Position numbers and translations under genes: made by a program. 64,000 nucleotides of DNA from a virus. Its lineage: Duplodnaviria > Caudoviricetes. Of the stretch, positions 46,612 through 55,832 are shown piece after piece (within the stretch, counting starts at the first letter, position 1; every line of letters begins with the position of its first letter). The notes below the pieces were generated by a model, which saw only the letters and a program-made list of their open reading frames with translations, was not told the origin of the DNA and did not search any database. The stretch is from positions 1,355-65,354 of IMG/VR virus record IMGVR_UViG_3300033149_002250. One strand, given 5' to 3'.

Positions 46612-47727
46612 ATGGAAGACATACCGCAAGGTGCGAAAGTGATCCGCGACGGTCGCACGGGCAGACTCCGTGCGCGCACAGTGGATCTAGGGTGCTTGGC
46701 AACCAAGGTCATGCGCAAGGCTGCTGACGGAAAAGAGTGGTGGGCGGCCGACGTTGACTACGGCGGCGTTTATTGCAGCAGCTACGGCTACCCTGCCTAC
46801 ACAGAGATCGGGTTGGCGGTAGCTTGGCGGCTGAAAAGCGGCAAGGTTCACTGCGCACTCTATGGGGGCGAAATGAACGCCCACGCAGCCACCGACGGGG
46901 GGGCTGCTAGTACACTGATGCCTTGCGCCAGGCCCCTGTTCGACGAGCGCTACGGCGCCAAGAAGCGCAGGCAAGCGGCCCGGGAGATGGTCCGCCAAGC
47001 AAAAGCCGACTACTACAGGCTCGGGGCGGAGATAGTCGTGTGGTCGGACGGACCCAGCAGCGAAAGGAAGGTGCTGCGCCGCTATGGGGCGATGCTGATA
47101 AGGCACGCCCCGGTAGTGCGGCTTCTCTTGAATCCGGCGAAGGACCGCGCGCTGCTCGCCCTAGCCTGGAACGAAGGCGAAGTATGCGGGGCCTATGTCC
47201 GCAAGGTCCGCGCGAGCACCCTCGGAGCCATGGCGAGCCAGCGAGCTACAGCCGAAAGGCTTCTACATGGCGCCGGCGAGTATTTCGACCGGCGGATCAA
47301 TGCGCAGCGCAGGCAGGCAGCGATGAAGGCAGCGTTGGCGGCTGCCAAGCGCTTGGTGCATGCGAAAATCTCCGTGACAGCCAACAAGCAGGCTCACGCG
47401 AGGCACGATGTGAGCCTGCAAACCAGGCTCGTGCGATTCGCATGCAAACGACAGGGCATCAAGCCCCCCGCGGCCCGGAAGATCGAGTCCGGGGAGTTTG
47501 GCAAGGTGGGGCCGTGGATTGGCCGCATGTCACGCGGCCTCGTACAGCAATGGGGGCTAGTAGCTTACGTGCCCTACGGGGACTACCGAGATTTGGAGGA
47601 GTGGGAGTCTCGGCGTTACCGCGATGAGGGCCAACGCCTGATGATTCACGCGGCCCTCCACCATCCGCGAGGCCACGTCTTGCGGGTGGTGGCGGTGCCG
47701 GAACTGACCAAGAAGCTGGGGGTGTGA
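46612..47727 (+). CDS. Hypothetical protein with an internal duplication
   Basis: Two copies of a LA.AW...FD.R..A..RQAA segment; preceded by GGAGCAC. Confidence 0.6.
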   Translation: MEDIPQGAKVIRDGRTGRLRARTVDLGCLATKVMRKAADGKEWWAADVDYGGVYCSSYGYPAYTEIGLAVAWRLKSGKVHCALYGGEMNAHAATDGGAASTLMPCARPLFDERYGAKKRRQAAREMVRQAKADYYRLGAEIVVWSDGPSSERKVLRRYGAMLIRHAPVVRLLLNPAKDRALLALAWNEGEVCGAYVRKVRASTLGAMASQRATAERLLHGAGEYFDRRINAQRRQAAMKAALAAAKRLVHAKISVTANKQAHARHDVSLQTRLVRFACKRQGIKPPAARKIESGEFGKVGPWIGRMSRGLVQQWGLVAYVPYGDYRDLEEWESRRYRDEGQRLMIHAALHHPRGHVLRVVAVPELTKKLGV

Positions 47728-47728
47728 T

Positions 47729-47935
47729 ATGAACCACGGCAAGCTACCAAAGTGGATTCACATGACGGAGCCCCGCCGGTGCGATATGTGTGGCCGCCAG
47801 ATCGAATGGATGGAGCGTTGCCTTTGGTGGCCACCGCGGCAGCAAATCTACTGCCGGACGTGCGGCGGGCCGGTCTGGGAGGACTACTGCCTGGTGGTGG
47901 ACATACACGCCCCCGGCTACAGCGATGGCGACTGA
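47729..47935 (+). CDS. Small Zn-finger protein
   Basis: CDMC...CRTC. Confidence 0.55.
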   Translation: MNHGKLPKWIHMTEPRRCDMCGRQIEWMERCLWWPPRQQIYCRTCGGPVWEDYCLVVDIHAPGYSDGD

Positions 47936-48012
47936 CTGTTTTTCCGCCCGCACCGGAGCTTTTCCAGTACCGAGTCTGTGCGGGAGACTCGGCAGCAGGA
48001 GAGGAGCACAGC

Positions 48013-48477
48013 ATGAGTGCATACGTGTGCGAAAAGGCCCACATCAGGTATCTGGTGACGGCTGCCACGATGGCGAACGATGGGTTTGGCCCACTGACCT
48101 ACCACCACAGAGGCCGCATCTACACCGTGGACCCGTCGGACGTGGACGGGCTATCGCGTCTCGGCCAGATGCTGTGGGATGCAAACGTGAAAAGCGTTCG
48201 CTGCCGCTACCCCGATGCCCCCGATGATGAGTTGCCTGGTGCGCGACAGTGGCCGTTCAAGTATGGGAAACATCGGGGCTTCCGGGGTGATGTCGAGCCC
48301 GTCCAGGTGCTCAAATCTATTGCGTGCTACGAGTACCAAAGCTGTGAGGCACCAGATTGGGAGGCAAGCGAGGCATATGCGTTCTGCCAAGCTCTGCGAA
48401 CTGCCATGATCGACATGCTGCCGGGGTACGAGGCGGCCGTGTGGGGCGTCCCGCCAGAAATCGGCAACGAGGAGTGA
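48013..48477 (+). CDS. Conserved hypothetical phage protein
   Basis: GQMLWDANVKSV..RY and LKSIACYEYQSCE..DW. Confidence 0.7.
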   Translation: MSAYVCEKAHIRYLVTAATMANDGFGPLTYHHRGRIYTVDPSDVDGLSRLGQMLWDANVKSVRCRYPDAPDDELPGARQWPFKYGKHRGFRGDVEPVQVLKSIACYEYQSCEAPDWEASEAYAFCQALRTAMIDMLPGYEAAVWGVPPEIGNEE

Positions 48478-48560
48478 ACGCACCATAACTCCCGCCCGCA
48501 CCGGAAACATTTCCTGGCCGAGCCTGTGCGGGAGGCTCGGCCCAGAGATTGGACATTGCA

Positions 48561-48854
48561 ATGAATCAGTCCGACTTGAACTACGTCTCAATGCTGCGGC
48601 TGGCCGAGGCTTACGGCCACTTGCTTGCAGCCAGGGACTGGCTGTCTGGAACGAAGGATTGGGCACAGCCCAATGGGGTATCATCCCATTCGTTGGACCT
48701 GAATGCCCAAGCGAAACGGCAACTTCGCGTGCACTTGAATCGGGCAATTCTACTGATGCAGTATTTGTTCGCTCCGCCGGCGGAGCTGCGCGACGGAGTG
48801 GTAACATCTGACACTCTTTCCAAAGGAGGCCATGACTCAACCCAACATACTTGA
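48561..48854 (+). CDS. Hypothetical protein (paralog of 52502-52744)
   Basis: LA.AY.H.L..RDWL shared with its paralog. Confidence 0.6.
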   Translation: MNQSDLNYVSMLRLAEAYGHLLAARDWLSGTKDWAQPNGVSSHSLDLNAQAKRQLRVHLNRAILLMQYLFAPPAELRDGVVTSDTLSKGGHDSTQHT

Positions 48855-49014
48855 CGGCTGTCTGTGTGGCCCGCCACAGCTTCGCCCGACTATTCGGCAG
48901 GGGAGGCACGGCGGCTGCGTGCGGAATACGCGGCGGCCGAGAAAGCCTGCCGGGAGGCCCGCGAGGCGCTTAAACCGTTCGGCCAGTACGACTTTTGGCT
49001 ATTGGGAGGCAAGC

Positions 49015-49407
49015 ATGAGTAACTGCGAGGCACACATGAGCGTAAAGCAAGCCGCCGAGTGGCTGGACCATATCGTGACAGAGACTTTGGAGCGACTCGG
49101 CGATCTGCCGGAAGGGTACGGGTCTGTGAACGAGGCAAGCCTGCAAGTGATTCGGGCAGCCGAACGGGAGTGGCCCGAATGCTGGCTCCTCAGCATCAAC
49201 GGGCCGCCAGACGATCCAGACAGGATTTACTGGCGGCATAGGGGCGAGCCCGTCTATACGTGCGGGGCCGACTGGGTACTACCCCGCCAACCCATCGGGA
49301 TTGCGGAGGCCGTCCTGCGTTTCCGTCACAACCCAACTTTGGCAGCAGCCGAGGAGAATTGGCGGCGGCTCGAAGAGATGGGCGGAATCCGCCTGTTCTG
49401 GAGCTAG
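49015..49407 (+). CDS. Hypothetical protein
   Basis: ATG after GGAGG. Confidence 0.55.
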   Translation: MSNCEAHMSVKQAAEWLDHIVTETLERLGDLPEGYGSVNEASLQVIRAAEREWPECWLLSINGPPDDPDRIYWRHRGEPVYTCGADWVLPRQPIGIAEAVLRFRHNPTLAAAEENWRRLEEMGGIRLFWS

Positions 49408-49485
49408 CGAACCCAATGCCGCCCGCGCCGGCTATCATCACGTCGGCGGCGCGCGGGGCCGCCGGCCATAGTGGAGGGACGAGCA

Positions 49486-49710
49486 ATGACGAAACGGGCT
49501 ATAAGGGCCAGGATGGTGGTGTTTGCCCCGGAACTTCTTGCGGCGTGCAAGGCTCTGCTGGAAGAACACCGCCTGTTTCCGGTCAACGGCGGATGGCGGT
49601 GTCCATTCTGTGCGGTCGAAGCGCCGGGCGTAGTGGGGTTTCCCCACGCGGAGCAATGCCCGGTAGTGCGGGCAAGGGAGGTAATCCGTAAGGTCGAAGG
49701 TCGGCAGTAA
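49486..49710 (+). CDS. Hypothetical Zn-binding protein
   Basis: APELLAACK and CPFC..H...C. Confidence 0.6.
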   Translation: MTKRAIRARMVVFAPELLAACKALLEEHRLFPVNGGWRCPFCAVEAPGVVGFPHAEQCPVVRAREVIRKVEGRQ

Positions 49711-49731
49711 CCTACCGCGGAGGGCGAGCAA

Positions 49732-50025
49732 ATGCTTTACCGAATCAAAAACAGCCGTTTGGTGCGCTTTGTTGCCGACGGCACACTTTGTGGCCACGAG
49801 TTGCAGGCCGTCTGGGCGCAGCTCAAGCCCGGCGACTTGGTGGCTGTCGGCGAATACCTGGACGAGAACCTGTTTACGCTGCCGCGTCCGGGTTGTATTT
49901 TCAGGACGCGCCATCGCCTACCAGAGGGGCCTTGGCGGCTGGAACGGACCAAAGCCCACCGCGTGGAATCCGTGGGACGGGTCTATCGTGTAGAGGAGCG
50001 TTTTTATCGGTTCCTCCCCATCTGA
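49732..50025 (+). CDS. Hypothetical protein
   Basis: ORF with an RBS. Confidence 0.55.
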   Translation: MLYRIKNSRLVRFVADGTLCGHELQAVWAQLKPGDLVAVGEYLDENLFTLPRPGCIFRTRHRLPEGPWRLERTKAHRVESVGRVYRVEERFYRFLPI

Positions 50026-50102
50026 GTACCCCCCGCCCAGGCGGACTAAACCTGTCGGCGTGGCCTGGGACGCGCCGACACGCCACGAAAAAGGAGTCGC
50101 AA

Positions 50103-50333
50103 ATGAACAGAGTTGTAACTACGGCGCGTGCAATCCTGGGCAACGGCAGATGCGCGATCATGGGGTACGATGCTCGCGGCAATATGCTGGTAGGCGTAGT
50201 CTGCAAGCCAAAAAGGATAAGCGCTTGGCTTAATTCCCGCGACCCGCAGGGCGACCTGCGACGTTGCCAGCAAAAATTAGGCCAAACAGAACGCGATTGC
50301 TCGATCGGAGAAAGAAATGGCCACGCAGGTTGA
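50103..50333 (+). CDS. Hypothetical protein
   Basis: ATG after AAGGAG. Confidence 0.5.
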   Translation: MNRVVTTARAILGNGRCAIMGYDARGNMLVGVVCKPKRISAWLNSRDPQGDLRRCQQKLGQTERDCSIGERNGHAG

Positions 50334-50625
50334 GCACTTAGCCCAGTCCATTGCCGACGCAGTAATTCGGCTGGTGCGTGCAAAACAAGCACAGGAGGCC
50401 GCCACCGAGGATTTGCGCCGCGCGGTTTGGGGATGGTATCAGCGGCGCTGTCGCCGAAGAGAGCCGGTTGGCATTTGCTGCACAATCGAGCTGGACATTG
50501 ACGACCTGAACGGCCGGTATGCCGTTGCCTGCGAGTGGAACGCTGGCTACAACGGATTCCGCCGCGTCAGAGTAAGCAAGGTTGAGAGCTACGATCCTAG
50601 TGAAATCGGCATCGGCGTTGACTGA
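50317..50625 (+). CDS. Hypothetical protein
   Basis: ORF with an RBS. Confidence 0.55.
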   Translation: MATQVEHLAQSIADAVIRLVRAKQAQEAATEDLRRAVWGWYQRRCRRREPVGICCTIELDIDDLNGRYAVACEWNAGYNGFRRVRVSKVESYDPSEIGIGVD

Positions 50626-50732
50626 AACACGGGAGTTATGCTAAGCGGCCCATGGACGCCGCGCCCCCGCTCGGTGCGGGGCCGAGTTAGGGGGCGCGGT
50701 GGCCTTTTGCCGCCCACGAAAGGGAGCACGAC

Positions 50733-50921
50733 ATGGCATACCGCCAACGACACTGCGGCCACTGCCACACCTGTGGCACCAAGCTAAAGCCTTGCCTTGA
50801 CGGGGAAGAGTGGTGCCCGAAATGTCAAGCTTACAGGCGCTACCCTTCGCACGGCTGGTCGTGGCGTGCTTGTAGCTCTCAAGACGAGGTATGTCCGCCG
50901 CTTCACAGCGGCAAACGGTAG
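50733..50921 (+). CDS. Small Zn-ribbon protein
   Basis: CHTC...CPKC; preceded by GGAGCAC. Confidence 0.55.
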   Translation: MAYRQRHCGHCHTCGTKLKPCLDGEEWCPKCQAYRRYPSHGWSWRACSSQDEVCPPLHSGKR

Positions 50922-50995
50922 CCGACTCACACCGTCGCGCCCCGCCCGGTGTGGGGCTGGGCCTGGGGCGCGGCGGGCTTTCAGAAGGTGCTATC

Positions 50996-51229
50996 ATGCA
51001 GCTTCGAGTCTGGAGCGTAACGGCCCCATGGCCGATTGTCTGCGCAAGTTGCCACAAGGGAATCGTGTGCTTGCCATACGATTCTCAGCTGCCCGAAACG
51101 GTGAATCATCAGCGGGCAATCGAAGCACTCTGCAAGGCATTCGGCCTGTGGCACGAGTGCTTTCAACCTCCCGCCACCCCATTCAGTCGGGTTACTTCCG
51201 ATTCGGAGGGCACAGACAATGACCGATGA
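50996..51229 (+). CDS. Hypothetical protein
   Basis: ATG after AAGGTG. Confidence 0.4.
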   Translation: MQLRVWSVTAPWPIVCASCHKGIVCLPYDSQLPETVNHQRAIEALCKAFGLWHECFQPPATPFSRVTSDSEGTDNDR

Positions 51230-51374
51230 TCCGGGAATAGTCGTTCGCTGGAAAAGCGTTGGTTGGGCAGATGCGATTCTGGCCGCGATAGTCCGAGAAA
51301 GCGCGGGCGGGTAGCGGCCGGCAACTCTAGCTCGCATCAAACCTTGACTCCCGCCTGCACCTAGAAAGGAGCGT

Positions 51375-51566
51375 ATGATGATGTCACTCGGGACTCTACA
51401 AATTCGGGAGCGCAGCGATGGCCGATTCAGCTGGTCCTTCGAGGCGTTCGTGAACGATGAACGTCAATTGGTCTTTGGCATTGCGCCCAGTTGGCACGCG
51501 GCGCTGGAGGAAGGCACAGCCAGGCAAGCCGCCATTAAAGGAGAAACCCATGAAAACCAATCCTAA
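51375..51566 (+). CDS. Hypothetical protein
   Basis: AAGGAG RBS. Confidence 0.55.
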   Translation: MMMSLGTLQIRERSDGRFSWSFEAFVNDERQLVFGIAPSWHAALEEGTARQAAIKGETHENQS

Positions 51567-51864
51567 CAAGTGGGAGCAGCAGGCAATCGACACAGCCCCA
51601 CAGGGGACGTGGGGTTTGGTGGTGACACCTTGGGCCGCCCCCCGAGTGTGCGGCGTGGCGGCCGATTGGGGCCAAGCGAGCCGGTACGTGTGGCACTACA
51701 CGGCCGGGGGCTGGCGGCTCACCGACAAACAGGTAGCGGACTTCCGCCACTCCAAGCGGGCAGCCCTGGCCGCAGAGGTGCGAGAAGCGATCCGCCGAGC
51801 CGGAGGCGACCAGCAGGCGGAATCCATCGACGAGATCGTGGATCGAGCTTGGGAGTTTCAGTGA
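51550..51864 (+). CDS. Hypothetical protein
   Basis: AAGGAG RBS. Confidence 0.55.
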   Translation: MKTNPNKWEQQAIDTAPQGTWGLVVTPWAAPRVCGVAADWGQASRYVWHYTAGGWRLTDKQVADFRHSKRAALAAEVREAIRRAGGDQQAESIDEIVDRAWEFQ

Positions 51865-51883
51865 CCTACGCAAGGAGTTTGTT

Positions 51884-52201
51884 GTGACCGGACTTACTTT
51901 CGAGTGCTCTGTGCGAAGTTGCGATGCCAAGGCTACGTGCGACTTCCATGGCACGCCTTTGTGTGCCCACCACCGCAAACGGGCGCAATTGGTCCGATGC
52001 GGAGCCGTCCGAATTAACAGGGCCGGCAGGAAGGTCGGGCTTATTCTTGGTGATTTTGTGGCGGTTCGCCCTACTGCCGTGCAATGGCGCAGTGCACCCG
52101 CAAAGATCAGACAACTCGAAGGGCAACCCCACCCCGTCACAGGCGAGACGCTGCGCCATGCCCTCACACTGGACGGAGTGTGGGCGCGATGGTGGGAGTG
52201 A
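51884..52201 (+). CDS. Hypothetical protein
   Basis: AAGGAG RBS; Cys/His-rich N-terminus. Confidence 0.5.
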   Translation: MTGLTFECSVRSCDAKATCDFHGTPLCAHHRKRAQLVRCGAVRINRAGRKVGLILGDFVAVRPTAVQWRSAPAKIRQLEGQPHPVTGETLRHALTLDGVWARWWE

Positions 52202-52218
52202 GAAGAAAGGAGAATCGC

Positions 52219-52407
52219 ATGAGGAGATGGCGAGTAAAGCTGGTGCTATACCAGCCAGAGCGAGAGCCCTGGACGGAGGTAAGAACGATTGATGCCGCCA
52301 CCAAACATGGCGCCCGGCGGCTGGCCTTCGAGGATGCCCGGATGGCGAACCTCTGGGTGAAACGCATCGTGTACGTCGAGCCCGCGAGCCGGCGGAGGCT
52401 TAAGTGA
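52219..52407 (+). CDS. Hypothetical protein
   Basis: AAGGAG RBS. Confidence 0.55.
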   Translation: MRRWRVKLVLYQPEREPWTEVRTIDAATKHGARRLAFEDARMANLWVKRIVYVEPASRRRLK

Positions 52408-52501
52408 AGGCTTGCGCACACTGTAGATGTTTCGTCCGCCCGCACCGGCTACAATCACGTCGGCGGTGTGCGGGACCGCCGGCAAAGCGGAGGATACTAC
52501 C

Positions 52502-52744
52502 GTGGATGAAAGACGCTTACTCAATCTGGCGCATGCTTACGCGCACGTGTTGCTCAGCCGGGATTGGCTGACAGAGCAGGACCGTTTGACCGAAACCGCC
52601 AGGAAGCAGGTCAAGGCGCACTTGGAGAAAGCCGCTCACCTGATGGAAGCGGTATTCACGCCACCGCCGGAATTGCAGGGTACGGTTGAAATAATCCCTT
52701 GCGAGTCCAGCGAGGCAGCCACCAGCCAGTTGGGGAATGAGTAA
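52502..52744 (+). CDS. Hypothetical protein (paralog of 48561-48854)
   Basis: GTG start after GGAGG; similar to the upstream paralog. Confidence 0.6.
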   Translation: MDERRLLNLAHAYAHVLLSRDWLTEQDRLTETARKQVKAHLEKAAHLMEAVFTPPPELQGTVEIIPCESSEAATSQLGNE

Positions 52745-53022
52745 TGAAATTGCGAGAAAAACTCAGTCGCGTGGTAGAGCATGGGGAGACACTGCGGTTT
52801 CGCGGTGTGGAGTTATTCCGCTTGACCGAAAGACGGGAATGGTTCGACCACCGGGGAAATCGGCATACCGCCGAGCATGGCGCCGTTTTCTGGCGGTGGG
52901 TTGGAGAGTCGGGCGACCAAGGCTCGCTGATTCCAAGTTGGCACCCAGAGCGATTTGACGCAACGGCACTCGTTCGGGTGCTGTTTCGCAATCGGCGATA
53001 CTTTCTGGGGGGAAGCAAATGA
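52744..53022 (+). CDS. Hypothetical protein
   Basis: Coupled ORF. Confidence 0.5.
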   Translation: MKLREKLSRVVEHGETLRFRGVELFRLTERREWFDHRGNRHTAEHGAVFWRWVGESGDQGSLIPSWHPERFDATALVRVLFRNRRYFLGGSK

Positions 53023-53099
53023 GCAATCAGCCAGCCGCCCGCGCCGGCTATCATCACGTCGGCGGTGTGCGGGACCGCCGGCCAGTGGAGGATAACCAA

Positions 53100-53552
53100 G
53101 TGCAAGAAGCTCTCGACCAGCTGATGTATGGGCTACAGGAAGCCAAGGCCCAACTGTACTGCCACGTAGAGGCTTTCAAGGCAGCGAGCAATCCCGTGGA
53201 GGCCGTGCAGGAACACTCGGCGAAAGCCCTGCACGCCCATCACCTTCTCCAGGAGCTTTCGGCAGTCGAGGAGTCTTTAGCTCACCTGGGGCTTGACGGC
53301 AAGTACGACCTCATCGGCGAAATGCTGGTTCGCACGGCGCAAACTGCGTCGTATCGGCTTGAAGTTTCCAGCGCCTATATGCCGATACACCCCGAACCTC
53401 AGAGCGCGTGCTGCGCTTTAGCCAGATTCCAGGCGCAGCAATCGTTCACCAGGATCATGCGGAAGCTGGCCGAGACGTGGGAACGGGTGGCCCGTGGAGA
53501 GCTTGAGGAAGAAAAGCTCCGCGAGGACGCCAGGGATGCCCTGCGATACTGA
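53100..53552 (+). CDS. Hypothetical helical protein
   Basis: GTG start after GGAGG. Confidence 0.55.
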   Translation: MQEALDQLMYGLQEAKAQLYCHVEAFKAASNPVEAVQEHSAKALHAHHLLQELSAVEESLAHLGLDGKYDLIGEMLVRTAQTASYRLEVSSAYMPIHPEPQSACCALARFQAQQSFTRIMRKLAETWERVARGELEEEKLREDARDALRY

Positions 53553-53569
53553 GGGAGCCATCAGAGGCG

Positions 53570-53598
53570 TTGACCTCGTTACACGACTGTGCTACCAT
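53570..53598 (+). promoter_or_regulatory. Candidate sigma70 promoter for the operon ending in the serine recombinase
   Basis: TTGACC-17 bp-TACCAT with an extended -10 TG. Confidence 0.55.
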
Positions 53599-53739
53599 GT
53601 AGCAACCAGTCGCTAGGGGCCATCGCCAACGCCCTGCTGACCTGCCCCGGCAGGGCCAGCCAGCGGCGGCGGAGCGGATTCTGCGGTTTTGTGCTCCGGC
53701 CGCCCCCGCCCGCCGTCCGCTGGCTCGATTCTCGGTGCC

Positions 53740-54048
53740 ATGCTATACGAAAAGCACTCCCGGATACTGGGTTTCCGAGCAGTCGAGGACTGGTGGCAGG
53801 TGGTGATCTACATTGCCCGGCCAGACGAGGACGGAGTGCTGCGCTGGCAGGTGTATGAGGTAGTGGGGCCGAATCACTCTAGAGAGCCAAGCTACCCTGA
53901 CACAAAACAGGGGCGGGAGTGGCTGGAAGATACCGCCAGGCGATTCGGTATTCCAGCAGACACGCACGTGCGCGAAGGTGACACCATGGTGGAGGCAGAC
54001 CGCCGGCGCACCATCAGCATCATTGCAAACTGGGGAGTCCAACCATGA
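53740..54048 (+). CDS. Hypothetical protein
   Basis: ORF coupled to the next gene. Confidence 0.5.
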   Translation: MLYEKHSRILGFRAVEDWWQVVIYIARPDEDGVLRWQVYEVVGPNHSREPSYPDTKQGREWLEDTARRFGIPADTHVREGDTMVEADRRRTISIIANWGVQP

Positions 54049-54428
54049 CCGATAGAGGGCGAGCGAAGGCGTGCAGGCTGGTGTTCAGCATGGCGCACAG
54101 ACGGGGCATGAAGGCTGGCCAAGCCTGCCGGCCCAGGCCCGTGAAAATGCAAGCCACCGCCGACCCTTGGGACCCACAAGCAGCAGTAATTGACGAGTGG
54201 GACGAGCCGGAGGGGGCCTGCGGTTTTGCGTGGGTGGTGCTGCCGCCAGGGTGGCTGACCGATTGGCTTCTTGAGACCGGGTTGGGCACGGAAACCAACC
54301 AAGGGGTCGTGCTGCCGGTGCCCTTCTTTGGGCAGTCGTATGAGCGCAAATTGGCATACGCGCGGACGGTGGCACGCTACCTGACTAAGTTGAGGATTCC
54401 GGCAAGGGTAATCGCCTGCCGGGATTGA
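54045..54428 (+). CDS. Conserved hypothetical phage protein
   Basis: EGACGFAWV...QSYERK.AYA motif. Confidence 0.65.
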   Translation: MTDRGRAKACRLVFSMAHRRGMKAGQACRPRPVKMQATADPWDPQAAVIDEWDEPEGACGFAWVVLPPGWLTDWLLETGLGTETNQGVVLPVPFFGQSYERKLAYARTVARYLTKLRIPARVIACRD

Positions 54429-54456
54429 TACCGCTTGCGGCGAGGAGGAGCACTCA

Positions 54457-55269
54457 ATGACTGTTCGCAACGGCACTCCGCTGTGCTACATTTACGTGCG
54501 GGTTTCCCACGCCAAGGGCTTTGAGTCCGTAGAGACGCAGGCCAAGGAGGACAAGAGCTTGCAAGCCCAGGCCGCTCGCTGTCTGGCCTATTACGAGAGC
54601 CGGGTAAAACACAAGGAGGTCGAGCTATACCCGGAGGTAATCGTTGAGCCACGTGTCTCCGCCAGAGAGACTCCGCTACGGAAGCGTCCAAAGGGCAAAT
54701 GGCTCAACTCCGTTCTGCGCCACGGCGACCACGTGATCTTCGCTTACTTCGACAGGTCTGTTCGGCAGCTACGAGATTGGGCTAACCTGCTACCAGAGTG
54801 GCAGGCCAGGGGAATCAACATCCACTTTGTTGATCTCGACATCGACCTCTCCACCCCCCAGGGGCAGATGATCGCCAACATCATGGCCTCCGTCGCCCAA
54901 TGGGAAAGCGACCAGCGCAGCGAACGATGCAAAGCCGTGGCTGCCTGGCTCAAAGCAAACGGCCGATGCTACGGCCCGACGCGACGGCCAGGCTACAAGG
55001 TGATCGGGCCGAAGGGGAATCGCCGGGTGGTTCACGACCACTCGCAGTTCCCGATCCTGCGGAAGATTGAGAGACTTCGCCATCAGGGTCTCAGCTGGGA
55101 GAAGATCAGCCAGATCGTGGAGAGCCAAGAGTGCAAAAAGCGAGGCGCGCAGTTCAGCCCCAGTGCCTTCTTTAAGCGCACTTGGACTCCGTGGCGGTGT
55201 CAAGCCGCGTACCGCAACTGGCAGGAGATCAAACGGGAGTTGGGCATCGAGGAGGATGCCGCCAGCTAA
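54457..55269 (+). CDS. Serine recombinase (resolvase/invertase family)
   Basis: YVRVS catalytic motif, SLQAQ, VSA, RPKG, FDRSVR and DLSTPQGQM..IMASVAQWE. Confidence 0.9.
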   Translation: MTVRNGTPLCYIYVRVSHAKGFESVETQAKEDKSLQAQAARCLAYYESRVKHKEVELYPEVIVEPRVSARETPLRKRPKGKWLNSVLRHGDHVIFAYFDRSVRQLRDWANLLPEWQARGINIHFVDLDIDLSTPQGQMIANIMASVAQWESDQRSERCKAVAAWLKANGRCYGPTRRPGYKVIGPKGNRRVVHDHSQFPILRKIERLRHQGLSWEKISQIVESQECKKRGAQFSPSAFFKRTWTPWRCQAAYRNWQEIKRELGIEEDAAS

Positions 55270-55604
55270 TCCTCACCGTTGCCCTCCCAAACCGTCCCAA
55301 AAGGAGTCGCCTTGGTGAACAGCTGCGGCGGCGCCCATTCCTGGGACGTATCCCCGACCCACCTGGCCCGATGGGTCTCCTCGTCCCAGGTGGCCCTGAT
55401 CTCGGCGGTCGCTTTGGCGATTTCCTCTGGCGTCGGGAGGTAAGGCACCGAGGAAAACCGCAGCTTGATGCCGTGTTTGGCGAGCACGCTAAAGATCAGC
55501 TTGGGGGACCGCCTGGTTTTCTTTGAAATCGTCGTCACCGGGACGCCCGCCTTGTAATACTCGCAAATCTTGGCGGCCTCCCTTTTCGTCAGCCGCTTTG
55601 CCAT
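55266..55604 (-). CDS. HTH domain protein
   Basis: ICEYYKAGVPVTTISKKTRRS..IFSVL. Confidence 0.65.
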   Translation of the reverse strand: MAKRLTKREAAKICEYYKAGVPVTTISKKTRRSPKLIFSVLAKHGIKLRFSSVPYLPTPEEIAKATAEIRATWDEETHRARWVGDTSQEWAPPQLFTKATPFGTVWEGNGED

Positions 55605-55619
55605 CCTTGCTTTCCGACT

Positions 55620-55832
55620 TTACCATTCGCCGGAGTGAAAGCGATCCCCGTGGTACTGGATGTCGTGGACAACCGCCGGCTCCCGGTTGTGCTCGCGCAC
55701 GGGGGGCAGCTCATCAGGGTCGCCAGAACACTCGGCGCAGATTACGGCCATCCGGCCGCTCGGCATCCGGCGCGGAACAGGAAAGGGGATCAACTCCCCA
55801 CACATTTCACATCGCCGTGGTTGACGTTTCAT
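55620..55832 (-). CDS. Small Zn-finger protein
   Basis: CEMC...CAEC, a DksA/TraR-like spacing. Confidence 0.55.
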   Translation of the reverse strand: MKRQPRRCEMCGELIPFPVPRRMPSGRMAVICAECSGDPDELPPVREHNREPAVVHDIQYHGDRFHSGEW

